Assembly (NCBI GenBank): GCA_029937645.1
Contig: JAPYPO010000001.1
Location: 1-47,385 of the forward strand
Direction: 5' to 3'
DNA length: 47,385 nt
From: Candidatus Hydrogenedentota bacterium
GTDB taxonomy: Bacteria; Hydrogenedentota; Hydrogenedentia; Hydrogenedentales; GCA-2746185
Shown here: piece by piece, positions 25,133 to 34,188 of the stretch
Numbering within the stretch: the first letter of the stretch is position 1
How the letters are laid out: each line of letters begins with the position of its first letter
Notes under the pieces: model-generated
Database searches by the model: none
What the model saw: the letters and a program-made list of their open reading frames with translations, nothing else
Told to the model about the DNA's origin: nothing
Position numbers and translations under genes: made by a program

Positions 25133-27589
25133 CTACTTCGTATCCGTATTAAGCTTGTCGCGCAGGCTGGCGAGTTGGTCGGCGAGTTGCGTGTTCATCT
25201 TCGACGTATCGCCCGAAACGTGATCCTTGGGCTTTCCGCTTCGCTGGGAATCGCGGCGCGGCTTTCCGTTGGGCTTTCTCGGTTTGTCCCGACGCTTCGA
25301 TGCATTCTCGCGGCTTGGACGTCGATCGGAACCGGCGTCTCTCTTGGGCGCGGCGCGCTTGGGCCGCGGGCGGTCGCCCTCACTCGGGCTCCTGTCCTGT
25401 TCTTGATTTTGGCTGGATGGGCGACGGGGCTTTCTCGCCGGTGCAGGCAAGAGCGCTTTCATGGACAACGAAATGCGCGGCGCTTCTTTGTCAACTTCGA
25501 TGACTTGGGCCTTGACGATCTGCCCGACTTTGACGACTTCGCCCGGGTCTTTCACGAAGCGATTCGCCAGTTGCGAGAGGTGAACAAGCCCATCTTGATG
25601 AACGCCGATGTCGACAAACGCCCCAAAGTTGGTTACGTTCGTCACGACGCCCTCGACTTCCATGCCTTTCTCAATGTCTTTCACATCGTTCACGCCCTCA
25701 ATGAACTTGGGCATGCGGAATTCTTTGCGCGGGTCTCGACCGGGCTTGAGCAGTTCGGTTTTCACATCGTGCAGCGCGATCTTCCCTACCGTATCAGATT
25801 CGAATACCGACAGGTCGACCTTGTCGAGCATGTCGCGATTGCCGACGAGTTCCGCGGGGGTCACCGAAAGGGATTCCGCGATCTTCTCGACGATGGGATA
25901 CGACTCCGGGTGAATGGCCGTGCTGTCTAGGAAGACATCTCCATCCGCGATCCGTAGGAAACCAGCGCATTGTTCATAAACTTTCGGGCCAATGCCGGCC
26001 ACCTCAAGGAGCTGCGTCCGGTTCTTAAATCCTTTGGCCTCGGTACGGGACGCGACGATGTTCTGGGCGGTTCCATATTGAATGCCGCTGATGTACCTCA
26101 GCAGAGGCACAGAGGCGGTATTCAAATCGACGCCGACCCGGTTAACGCAGGACTCGACCGACCGGTGCAATCCTTCGCGCAGCAGCTTCTGATTTACGTC
26201 GTGTTGATATTGTCCGACGCCGATGCTCTTCGGTTCGACTTTTACCAGCTCCGCCAAGGGATCCTGAAGGCGCCGAGCAATCGAGATGGCGCCGCGCACG
26301 GTGATATCGAGATCGGGGTGCTCTTCACGGGCGAGCTTGGATGCGGAATACACCGACGCGCCAGCTTCGTTCACGGCGACCCAAAACACGTCTGAGCCTT
26401 CGCGTTTGGCCAGCACCGCGCTTACAAAACGTGACGCTTCGCGCGAGCCCGTCCCATTGCCGATGGCGATCGCCTGAATTTTGTATTTATCGAGGAACGC
26501 AACCAGTATCGCTTCCGCCTCTTCGGCCTTCTCTGGAAAGAGGACTGCGTTTTCCTGGTAGGCGCCGGTGTCGTCCACGACCGCCAATTTGCAACCGCTG
26601 CGCAAGCCGGGATCGACGCCAATAACATGGAGCCGGCCCGCCGGTGCGGCCATAAGCAGATTCTGGGCATTTTCCCGGAATACATGGATGGCCTCTTCGT
26701 TCGCGCGCTGCCGGGCTTCGTCAAGCACTTCCGTTTCGATCGCCGGTTTAATCAGGCGCTTGTAGCCATCCTCGATGGCCTTCGCAATCTGCTCCGCGAA
26801 GGGGCCTTCTTTATCCTTTATAAACCGCTCAATCAAGCCCGACTTCGCATCGTCATCATCCAGCGCCAACTCCATCCGCAACATGCCCTCTTTCATACCG
26901 CGGAGAATCGCCAACAGCCGGTGCGAAGGAATCTTTTTCACCGCCTCGGAAAACGCGTAGTACGGCTCAAACTTTGTTTTCTTGCCTTCGGATAATTTCG
27001 TGGTGCAGGAGGTGACTTTTCCGTGCGCCCGCATCTTCTCGCGAATCTCCGCACGCGACGGCGCATCCACGGAATAGCGCTCCGCGAGAATGTGGCGCGC
27101 GCCTTCCAGGGATTGCTCCGCCGATTCAACGGACTTGGCGGGGTCGACAAACTCCTGGGCGTGTTCCTCGATCGACTTGGCGTCTGCCTCTTGCCGCCAG
27201 AGATACTCGGCAAGCGCTTCAAGGCCTTGATCGCGCGCCACCGTCGCCTTGGTGCGGCGCTTCTTCTTGAAGGGAAGATAGAGATCTTCCAATTCCGATT
27301 TCTTCGTACAGGAGTGGATGGCTTCTTTCAGCGCATCCGTAAGCCGACCCTGCTTGTCGATATTCTCCGTGATCGCGGCGCGCCGTTGCGTGAGCGCCGT
27401 GTAATACACGTTGCCCTCCGCAATCGATTCAATCTTGACCTCGTCGAGATTGCCGGTCTGATCTTTTCGATAGCGAGCGATGAACGGAATCGTTCCTCCG
27501 CTATTTATCAGATCGATGACGGCGGTGGCTTGCTTCGTCGTAACAGAAGCGTCGGCCGCTATCAGCTCGACGCACTTTATATCTAACAT
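25133..27589 (-). CDS. tex: Tex-like transcription accessory protein (YqgF/HhH/S1 domains) with a basic C-terminal tail
   Basis: 'GGTIPFIARYRKDQTGNLDE' is the Tex N-terminal signature. It has a YqgF-like centre and a C-terminal S1 domain 'GMEVEGVVTNVTNFGAFVDIGVHQDGLVHLSQL'. The start is at MLDIKCVE, with GGGGAG upstream. Confidence 0.92.
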   Translation of the reverse strand: MLDIKCVELIAADASVTTKQATAVIDLINSGGTIPFIARYRKDQTGNLDEVKIESIAEGNVYYTALTQRRAAITENIDKQGRLTDALKEAIHSCTKKSELEDLYLPFKKKRRTKATVARDQGLEALAEYLWRQEADAKSIEEHAQEFVDPAKSVESAEQSLEGARHILAERYSVDAPSRAEIREKMRAHGKVTSCTTKLSEGKKTKFEPYYAFSEAVKKIPSHRLLAILRGMKEGMLRMELALDDDDAKSGLIERFIKDKEGPFAEQIAKAIEDGYKRLIKPAIETEVLDEARQRANEEAIHVFRENAQNLLMAAPAGRLHVIGVDPGLRSGCKLAVVDDTGAYQENAVLFPEKAEEAEAILVAFLDKYKIQAIAIGNGTGSREASRFVSAVLAKREGSDVFWVAVNEAGASVYSASKLAREEHPDLDITVRGAISIARRLQDPLAELVKVEPKSIGVGQYQHDVNQKLLREGLHRSVESCVNRVGVDLNTASVPLLRYISGIQYGTAQNIVASRTEAKGFKNRTQLLEVAGIGPKVYEQCAGFLRIADGDVFLDSTAIHPESYPIVEKIAESLSVTPAELVGNRDMLDKVDLSVFESDTVGKIALHDVKTELLKPGRDPRKEFRMPKFIEGVNDVKDIEKGMEVEGVVTNVTNFGAFVDIGVHQDGLVHLSQLANRFVKDPGEVVKVGQIVKAQVIEVDKEAPRISLSMKALLPAPARKPRRPSSQNQEQDRSPSEGDRPRPKRAAPKRDAGSDRRPSRENASKRRDKPRKPNGKPRRDSQRSGKPKDHVSGDTSKMNTQLADQLASLRDKLNTDTK

Positions 27590-27626
27590 CGTGTAACGGG
27601 CTCCCCAAAACTGTAATGCGTCCGGC

Positions 27627-27655
27627 AGTCTATCAGATGCCAATTCGGTTCACAA
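27627..27655 (-). promoter_or_regulatory. Candidate tex promoter TTGTGA-N17-(TGa)TAGACT
   Basis: The reverse complement reads TTGTGAaccgaattggcatcTGATAGACT. It lies about 40 nt upstream of the ATG at 27589. Confidence 0.3.
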
Positions 27656-27826
27656 TCATTTCGAATGTCACTGGAAACGCCCCACCGCCGAATTCACCAG
27701 CCGTCCGTCGCTCGATTCCGTATACCACCAATAACCCGTGGGCACCTTCAGACTTTTTTGGAGGTGTGGGAGCGGCCAAGATCACTCCAGGTGATCCGTG
27801 AAGAATCAACTTGTTTGAAGGCGCCT

Positions 27827-29020
27827 CTATTTCTTCTGGGGTGGCGGCAGGATTTCGCCGGGTTTGCGGCCTGTTGGCGATCCGCCCATCTTTGACCAAT
27901 TGATGGATCGCGTAATACGGGTACCCTTCGGACGCTTCGCCATAAACTCGTGGTAGTTGCGGTAGAGAACCCCTTCCAGAAGCCCCGGGTCCAACTCGAG
28001 GCCACGCAGCGCCTTGCCGGGCACCGCGACGGTCGTGAACGCTTCCTTGGTAAGCATATCCAGGTATCCTTGGAACCGTTCCGCGATCCACGGAACACTC
28101 TTGGATGGAATATCGGTCACAACCAAATCCGTCGCCCACATGAATCGATCAGGATACTCCCGAAAAATGCGCCGAAACTTTTCGGGTTTTTTGTCGCTTC
28201 GCGCGAAGCCCTGCTTGATAAAGGAATCGTGACCGTAACTGATATCGCTGTAAAGATTGGGGAAGGTATCCAGGAACTCGCGCAGCCTTGAATCGCGACC
28301 GGACGATAACATGTAATGCGGACAGATGACCTTCATATCCGGATACTGAGTCAACACCGCGATAAACTCCTCCGCGATTCCCGGTCCCAGTTTCGAATCC
28401 GGCTGAACATGAATCAGCAGGGGAAGAAAATTCTCCTGACAATATTCGTAGACCGGCAGCATGGCCGGATCGTCCAACGCCATCGTATGGAACATGTATT
28501 GACCGTCGTTGCGCTTGACGTAGCCGTGCCCAGTATAGAGTTTCACCCCCGCCGCACCGCGCGCGTGAAGATCCTTCAACTTCTCCAGCTTCCGTTCGTC
28601 CTCGGGGTTGAGCGTCGGCCACGCCTCGAAGCGACCGGGATAGGCAGCGACGATATCGAGAAGCGCCTCGTTGTTTTCATCGTATCGCGTAAAACCAACG
28701 CGTTCGTCGAGCGTGATCGTGAACCAGGAACTGCCCATCAGCAGAGATTTTTCCACGCCCAAGCGATCCATGACTTCGAGCAAGCGCTCCGCATCCGACA
28801 GGCCTTGAACGTGCTCATGAACATTGATGATAAGGCCCGCTGCCTGGATCTCCCGGAGGGCCTCGATGGAGGTCAATCCCTCGTACGTGGACGGCAACAC
28901 CTCTAGCTCGGGCTCGCCAGCCAGCCAAGCAAAAACCTCGTCCCCATATCGACCCACGACGAGAAGCAGCGCAATCGCCATGAGGAAAAAAAATGGTTTG
29001 GGAATTCTTCGATCCATCAT
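27827..29020 (-). CDS. Membrane-anchored amidohydrolase-family (TIM-barrel metal-dependent hydrolase) protein
   Basis: An N-terminal TM 'FFFLMAIALLLVVG' is followed by 'INVHEHV' (an HxH metal motif) and amidohydrolase_2-like segments. The start is uncertain: ATG at 29020 or 29017, or GTG at 29101. Confidence 0.75.
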   Translation of the reverse strand: MMDRRIPKPFFFLMAIALLLVVGRYGDEVFAWLAGEPELEVLPSTYEGLTSIEALREIQAAGLIINVHEHVQGLSDAERLLEVMDRLGVEKSLLMGSSWFTITLDERVGFTRYDENNEALLDIVAAYPGRFEAWPTLNPEDERKLEKLKDLHARGAAGVKLYTGHGYVKRNDGQYMFHTMALDDPAMLPVYEYCQENFLPLLIHVQPDSKLGPGIAEEFIAVLTQYPDMKVICPHYMLSSGRDSRLREFLDTFPNLYSDISYGHDSFIKQGFARSDKKPEKFRRIFREYPDRFMWATDLVVTDIPSKSVPWIAERFQGYLDMLTKEAFTTVAVPGKALRGLELDPGLLEGVLYRNYHEFMAKRPKGTRITRSINWSKMGGSPTGRKPGEILPPPQKK

Positions 29021-29140
29021 GTCAGGATTATGCGAATTCTCAACGGCGATTACAATGTCATTGAAAATCGGTTCTTCACGGATTTCCGGGAAAGACAACA
29101 CGGGTTGCTTCTTGCATTTGAACGCTGTAAGCGTTCCATT

Positions 29141-29179
29141 CCTCAGCCCAGGGTTCGCGACGCGTACCCTGGGCTGAGG
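29141..29179. repeat. Perfect 14-bp inverted repeat (hairpin) in a divergent intergenic region
   Basis: CCTCAGCCCAGGGT-tcgcgacgcgt-ACCCTGGGCTGAGG was read directly. A second small hairpin, TGCGC-cttca-GCGCA, follows at about 29185-29199. Confidence 0.8.
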
Positions 29180-29378
29180 AGTTATGCGCCTTCAGCGCAC
29201 GGTACCTCCTTAGAGCTCTTGGGAAAAACTACCGTAAGCAAGCGTAGAATAGGTCGATGCGAGCTGCCTATCCCGGGAATGCGTAAAGAGCCTGAAAATC
29301 TCGCCCCCACGATCCTCCGTGGGATAAAAGGGGTTGAGAATATGCGAGAAACAAATTTGTGCGCACCGAACGGAAGAT

Positions 29379-29387
29379 TGCTATAGT
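29379..29387 (+). promoter_or_regulatory. Extended -10-like element TGCTATAGT ending 6 nt before the dprA ATG (leaderless candidate)
   Basis: Read as gattGCTATAGTaatcgcATG. No SD is possible between the element and the start. Confidence 0.4.
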
Positions 29388-29393
29388 AATCGC

Positions 29394-30611
29394 ATGAAAC
29401 TGACCGATGAACAACGAGACTGGTTGGCGCTCGCGCTGGTACCCGGCGTCGGAACGGTTCACTTTATCCGACTGCTCGCCCGGTTTCGGACGCCGGGCCA
29501 AGTCCTCCGCGCGAGTTCGGCCTCGCTGCGCGGCGTGGTAGGCCCGAAGCTGGCCGAACGCATCGCCAATTATTCGGATGCGGCGGATATCGAAGGACAG
29601 ACACGCCTTATGGAACAGTACGGGGCGGAGCTGATCACGATGAACGATCCGCTGTATCCCACACGCCTCGCGGAAATCTATGACCCTCCGTTAATTCTTT
29701 TCGCGCGGGGCCGGTTGCTGGAGACGGACGAGCGCGCGGTGGCCATCGTCGGGACGCGAGGCGCGACGCCCTACGGCATTCGCATGGCAGAAAAGTTCGG
29801 GCGCGAACTCGCCGCGCGCGGTATCACCGTCGTAAGCGGCATGGCGCTCGGCATCGATTCGGCGGCACACCGTGGCGCGTTGGAGGCCGGCGGTCGCACC
29901 GTAGCCGTGCTGGGTTGCGGTGTGGATACGGTGTACCCGCCGCGCAACGCTGATCTGATGGATGCCATCGCGCGTCAGGGATGCGTCCTGTCTCAATTTC
30001 CCATGGGGGTGAAGCCGTCGAAAGGCCACTTCCCACACCGCAATCGAATCATCAGCGGGATGACGATGGGCACACTCGTCGTGCAAGCCCCGCTGCGGAG
30101 CGGCGCCCTAATCACCGCCCACCAAGCCCTCGAACAGGGCCGCGAGGTATTCGCCATCCCGGGCGACGTAGGACAGCGAAACAGCGAAGGCCCCCATGCG
30201 CTCATCCGAGAAGGCGCGAAATTGGTCGAGACCGTCGAAGATATTTTGCTCGAATTGAATCTCTTAGACCAACCCGCTACCGGTGCAGCCCCCGCTCGAC
30301 CCGCTGCCAGGTCGGAGCAGGCGGATGCGAATCGTGAGGTACAACAACCCCCTCGTCAAAGCGCTTCCTCAAGAGAACCGGCCCCGAGGGAAGCGAAGCC
30401 GCAGCGCCCTGCCGCGTCGGCGCCGCCCGTCCCCACGCCGAAAGGCGCTGAAGGCGACGTACTCTCCGTCCTCTCGCCAGATGGATCCTACGTAGACGAA
30501 ATTGCCGCCGCCTGCCGGATACCGGTCTCGGAGGCGCTCAGTTCTCTGACCCTGCTTGAACTCAAGGGGCTCGTGCGTCAATTCAGCGGCAAGCGCTTCG
30601 CGAAGCGTTAG
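29394..30611 (+). CDS. dprA: DNA-processing protein DprA (Smf)
   Basis: 'LALALVPGVGTV', 'VAIVGTRGATPYG', 'VVSGMALGIDSAAHRGAL' and 'SGALITA' match the DprA Rossmann-like core. A Pro/Ala-rich linker and a C-terminal winged-helix-like 'LELKGLV' follow. Confidence 0.9.
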   Translation: MKLTDEQRDWLALALVPGVGTVHFIRLLARFRTPGQVLRASSASLRGVVGPKLAERIANYSDAADIEGQTRLMEQYGAELITMNDPLYPTRLAEIYDPPLILFARGRLLETDERAVAIVGTRGATPYGIRMAEKFGRELAARGITVVSGMALGIDSAAHRGALEAGGRTVAVLGCGVDTVYPPRNADLMDAIARQGCVLSQFPMGVKPSKGHFPHRNRIISGMTMGTLVVQAPLRSGALITAHQALEQGREVFAIPGDVGQRNSEGPHALIREGAKLVETVEDILLELNLLDQPATGAAPARPAARSEQADANREVQQPPRQSASSREPAPREAKPQRPAASAPPVPTPKGAEGDVLSVLSPDGSYVDEIAAACRIPVSEALSSLTLLELKGLVRQFSGKRFAKR

Positions 30612-30636
30612 CGCACTTTAACAGTTCCGGTTGCGG

Positions 30637-30759
30637 AAAGAGATCCTTCAAATCTTCCGCTACAAAAAAACTACCCCTTTTGTTATTCTGAGCGAAGCAG
30701 AGAATCTCTTCAACCTGTTGATTCGCTTTTGGTAAGAGATCCTTCGCTTCGCTCAGGAT
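30637..30759. repeat. REP-like repeat cluster between convergent dprA and cysK: an imperfect 26-nt inverted pair plus a third partial copy
   Basis: The left arm 30685-30710 (ATTCTGAGCGAAGCAGAGAATCTCTT) and right arm 30734-30759 (AAGAGATCCTTCGCTTCGCTCAGGAT) are complementary at 22 of 26 positions. AAGAGATCCTTC occurs again at 30638-30649. Confidence 0.75.
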
Positions 30760-30804
30760 GACGGCATAGTCGTCTTCTTCCGCCCTACCCAACGTGAAGC
30801 TACT

Positions 30805-31731
30805 CTAAACCTCGAAGAGTTTGGTGGATAAGTAGCGCTCGCCGGAATCGGGCAAGATGGTGACGATGTTCTTGCCTTCGTATTCGTCGAGGGCGGCGAG
30901 GCGCAGGCATACAGTGACAGCCGCTCCGCTGCTTATGCCACTGATGAGGCCCTCTTCCTGGGCAAGCCGCCGAGAGACTTCAAACGACTCGTCGTTGCCT
31001 GCCGCTTCAATCTTGTCGACCATGTCCAGGTCAAGAATATCGGGAATAAACCCGGCGCCGATACCCTGAATCGGGTGCGGCCCGGACGCGCCCCCGGAAA
31101 GGACGGGCGAGGCGGCCGGCTCGACGGCGACGGATTCGATGGCCTTGCCTTTCTCCTTCTTGATGTACCGGGAGACGCCGGTGATCGTGCCGCCGGTCCC
31201 CACGCCAGAAACAAACACGTCAATCTCGCCATCCGTGTCGTTCCAAATCTCGGGTCCGGTGGTCTTCATATGTATCGCGGGGTTCGCCGGATTCTTGAAC
31301 TGTTGCGGCAAGTAATAATCCAGGTTTTCCTCTGCGATCTCCTCCGCCCTGCGCACCGCTGCGGGCATACCGCCCTCCGCCGGCGTAAGAATCAGATCCG
31401 CGCCGAAGGCCTTCAGCATACTTCTGCGCTCGATGCTCATCGTTTCCGGCATCGTCAGGATGAGCTTGTAGCCCCGCGCGGCACATACGAACGCCAGAGC
31501 GATGCCCGTGTTACCCGAGGTAGGCTCGACAATCGTTGCGCCCGGAGTGAGGACGCCCCGCTCCTCCGCGTCCCACACCATGGCCGCGCCGATGCGGCAT
31601 TTCACGGAGAAGGAGGGATTGCGCGCCTCGACTTTCGCGAAGATTTTCGCCTTCAAACCCGCGCCCATTTTCGATAACTGTATCAGCGGCGTGTTGCCGA
31701 TGCTCTCACTCGCGTCTTTGAATGCTTTCAT
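30805..31731 (-). CDS. cysK: Cysteine synthase A (O-acetylserine sulfhydrylase)
   Basis: It is near-collinear with E. coli CysK: '[11 protein letters not shown]', '[10 protein letters not shown]', '[10 protein letters not shown]' and 'SSGAAV'. Confidence 0.95.
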   Translation of the reverse strand: MKAFKDASESIGNTPLIQLSKMGAGLKAKIFAKVEARNPSFSVKCRIGAAMVWDAEERGVLTPGATIVEPTSGNTGIALAFVCAARGYKLILTMPETMSIERRSMLKAFGADLILTPAEGGMPAAVRRAEEIAEENLDYYLPQQFKNPANPAIHMKTTGPEIWNDTDGEIDVFVSGVGTGGTITGVSRYIKKEKGKAIESVAVEPAASPVLSGGASGPHPIQGIGAGFIPDILDLDMVDKIEAAGNDESFEVSRRLAQEEGLISGISSGAAVTVCLRLAALDEYEGKNIVTILPDSGERYLSTKLFEV

Positions 31732-31890
31732 GGGAGACCTCTCTCATTGGAGCGCTGTCGGCCAGCGCAGGGGTTCATACTTCTAGGGGTTCCGATGCTA
31801 CCATAGGTTGAGAACCAGGTAAAGAGGCCGCCGTGTACGCCATTGCCTTCGACGGCCCCAACCCCACTTTTGGCGAACCGTTCGGTCGCG

Positions 31891-31899
31891 TGCTATCCT
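31891..31899 (+). promoter_or_regulatory. Extended -10-like element TGCTATCCT upstream of the epimerase gene
   Basis: Read directly. It lies about 50 nt upstream of the GTG at 31948. Confidence 0.35.
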
Positions 31900-31947
31900 T
31901 TTTGGCATCATGCCCAATTCACTAATGACAAGGAGTTACACTATACC

Positions 31948-32904
31948 GTGCGCATTCTAATAACGGGATCCAGTGGCCAAATCGGGACCAACCTCGGCCT
32001 TCGCCTATTGGATGAAGGGCATTTCGTGTTTGGCGTCGATATCCGGCCCAATACCTGGACCGACCGAATCGAAACACTGCTCCAGGATTTGAGTACGCCC
32101 TACAAGAATTTCGATGAGGGCATCGGTCATGTCCACTATCCAGATGGTATCGATTTGGTTGTTCACCTGGCGGCGCACGCGAAAGTACACGAACTTGTCG
32201 AGCAGCCGGACCGCGCCATCGAAAATATCATGATGACCTTCAACGCGCTGGAATTTTGTAGATGCCATGACATCCCCATCGTATTCAGCAGCTCGCGCGA
32301 GGTGTATGGCGATATCCATCGGTACATCACGGAGGAGTCTCACGCGGATTTTGCCTTTACGGAAAGCCCGTACAGCGCCAGCAAAATATCGGGCGAAGCC
32401 CTGATTTATTCCTACGCCCAATGCTACGGCCTGCGCTACCTCATCTTCCGGTTCAGCAATGTGTATGGTCGCTTTGACAACGATATCGAGCGCATGGAAA
32501 GGGTCATCCCGCTCTTCGTGCGCCGCATCAGCCGCCGCGAACCCATCATCGTCTATGGCGAAAACAAAGTCCTCGATTTCACCTATGTCGATGATTGCGT
32601 GGACGGCATCGTGCGGGGCATCACACAGCTCGTGGACCGCAAGGAAGACGGCCATACCATCAACCTCGCCTATGGCGAAGGGCAAAGCCTCGTCGACATG
32701 GCGAAGCGCATCGGCGAGGTCCTCGGTATCGAACCGGACATGACCGTTGAACCGTCCCGCCTCGGCGAAGTTACCCACTACGTCGCAAACATCGGAAAGG
32801 CCAGAGCGTTGCTCGGTTACAACCCACAGACGCCGTTAGCAGACGGCATCGCGCGGAGTATTGCGTGGTCGCGGGAGTTTGAGCAGGGCGATAAGGCTGA
32901 GTAA
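31948..32904 (+). CDS. NAD-dependent epimerase/dehydratase (extended SDR) family protein
   Basis: It has the 'ILITGSSGQIGTNLG' Rossmann motif and the 'YSASKISGE' YxxxK catalytic motif. The GTG start has AGGAG 12 nt upstream. The track ORF start at 31843 adds a non-Rossmann extension. Confidence 0.88.
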   Translation: MRILITGSSGQIGTNLGLRLLDEGHFVFGVDIRPNTWTDRIETLLQDLSTPYKNFDEGIGHVHYPDGIDLVVHLAAHAKVHELVEQPDRAIENIMMTFNALEFCRCHDIPIVFSSSREVYGDIHRYITEESHADFAFTESPYSASKISGEALIYSYAQCYGLRYLIFRFSNVYGRFDNDIERMERVIPLFVRRISRREPIIVYGENKVLDFTYVDDCVDGIVRGITQLVDRKEDGHTINLAYGEGQSLVDMAKRIGEVLGIEPDMTVEPSRLGEVTHYVANIGKARALLGYNPQTPLADGIARSIAWSREFEQGDKAE

Positions 32905-32938
32905 TCGTTCTCGCCGCTGACCTGAGGAGCAGTCGCGA

Positions 32939-33772
32939 TCAGTCGTCCAGCTTCATCAACTCGATCTTGCGAAAGTCGACCGGATGGCTTTCGGACTGGA
33001 CCGAAATGGTGCCGCTGGTAAGCATTTTTTCCTGCCCCGCCGCCAACAGCACTTTGGCGTCCCCGTCTCCTTCATCCAACTGGGAGCCGCTGTACGACAA
33101 CACTTGTTTACCGTTGATGAAATGCGTGATCGCCCCGCCGCGAACTTCCACCTCTGCCGTCACCCATTGGTCACCGTGGTACGTCTCCGATTCCGAGTTC
33201 ACGCAATGGGGCCTAAACAGTTCCCCGTCCATGACAACATGGGTGCCCGGTGTACAAAGATTGCCCGTGGGCCGTTCGCCGGTACCTCGACCGCCCAACA
33301 ACTGCACCTCGATGCTCGCGGGGAACTTCTGGTCCTTCGCCATGCTTTCGGGCGTTTGGCCATGAAGCATGATGCCACTATTCCGAAAAGCCCAGCCGGG
33401 GCCGTCCGGGATCTGATCGCCCACAAAGCGATATTCCAGACGAAGCCGGTAGCTCGAAAATGACTCGTTGAAGAAGAGGTGGCCGAACTGTTCATCGAAG
33501 GCCCCGTAGCCGTCGTAGCGCACCTTGATCATCCCATCCTCCACCCGAAAGGTCTGCGCGAAATTATCATCAATATCATGACCCGTAATCTTCACCGTCC
33601 ATCCCGTGAGATCCTTACCATTAAATAGGCTAATCCACTCGGATTCGGCGGCCTTCTCTTGACCCACAGCGCCAGCCGTTACAATAAGCGACGCGCAGAT
33701 GGCAACTAGGGTAGCGCTCCAATACTCGATAAACTCCTGGCGCTGTTTGAGGTTCAATCGTCTTCGTACCAT
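32939..33772 (-). CDS. Secreted DUF1080 (3-keto-disaccharide hydrolase-like, concanavalin-fold) protein
   Basis: After a signal-like N-terminus come 'WISLFNGKDLTGW', 'FRVEDGMI', 'NSGIMLHGQ', 'IEVQLL' and 'ISVQSESHPVDFRKIEL', which fit the DUF1080 pattern. Confidence 0.8.
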   Translation of the reverse strand: MVRRRLNLKQRQEFIEYWSATLVAICASLIVTAGAVGQEKAAESEWISLFNGKDLTGWTVKITGHDIDDNFAQTFRVEDGMIKVRYDGYGAFDEQFGHLFFNESFSSYRLRLEYRFVGDQIPDGPGWAFRNSGIMLHGQTPESMAKDQKFPASIEVQLLGGRGTGERPTGNLCTPGTHVVMDGELFRPHCVNSESETYHGDQWVTAEVEVRGGAITHFINGKQVLSYSGSQLDEGDGDAKVLLAAGQEKMLTSGTISVQSESHPVDFRKIELMKLDD

Positions 33773-33778
33773 GACCGT

Positions 33779-34156
33779 CTACGCCTCCAAATTCTTAGGT
33801 TTTCTACAGTCGCCCAGATTATCCATAGCAGCATAGTGAATCGCAAGCCAAACCGTAGCCTCCGACGGGTCCGTCCACTCGACACGATGGCGCCGGTGCG
33901 CCGGGATGCTCAGATAGTCGCCCGGTTTGAGCTCAACGATCGCGCCAGAGTCTTCAAAGCCCAAGCGCGCGTTTCCGCTCAACATGACCACCCACTCATC
34001 CAAGTCTTGATCCAGCCACTCGCCGTCGGGTGTGCACTGACCCGTGGAAACAATCCGTTCGATTCGAAAGTCATTCTCCGCTACGAGAGACTCCAGGAGT
34101 TCTTCTTCCCGGGCATGTCCGATTTGCTCGAATATATTACCGAGTGTATTCGTCAC
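33779..34156 (-). CDS. Cupin-domain protein
   Basis: The 125-aa ORF has 'EWVVMLSG.A.L' and 'LKPGDYLSIPAHRRHRV', typical of the cupin_2 fold. Confidence 0.75.
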   Translation of the reverse strand: MTNTLGNIFEQIGHAREEELLESLVAENDFRIERIVSTGQCTPDGEWLDQDLDEWVVMLSGNARLGFEDSGAIVELKPGDYLSIPAHRRHRVEWTDPSEATVWLAIHYAAMDNLGDCRKPKNLEA

Positions 34157-34188
34157 GTCTGGATATCCCGTCTGGTGAGCGGCGACCG

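Noticed and set aside
25010-25930. 306-aa ORF antisense to tex
   Set aside because: It is a shadow frame of the tex 3' region. The first part is a translation of the complement of the basic-tail coding sequence.
30583-30792. 69-aa ORF between dprA and cysK
   Set aside because: It is a translation of the REP-like repeat cluster (the 'ILSEAKDLL' and 'EEILCFAQNNK' pieces derive from the inverted repeat arms). It has no SD.
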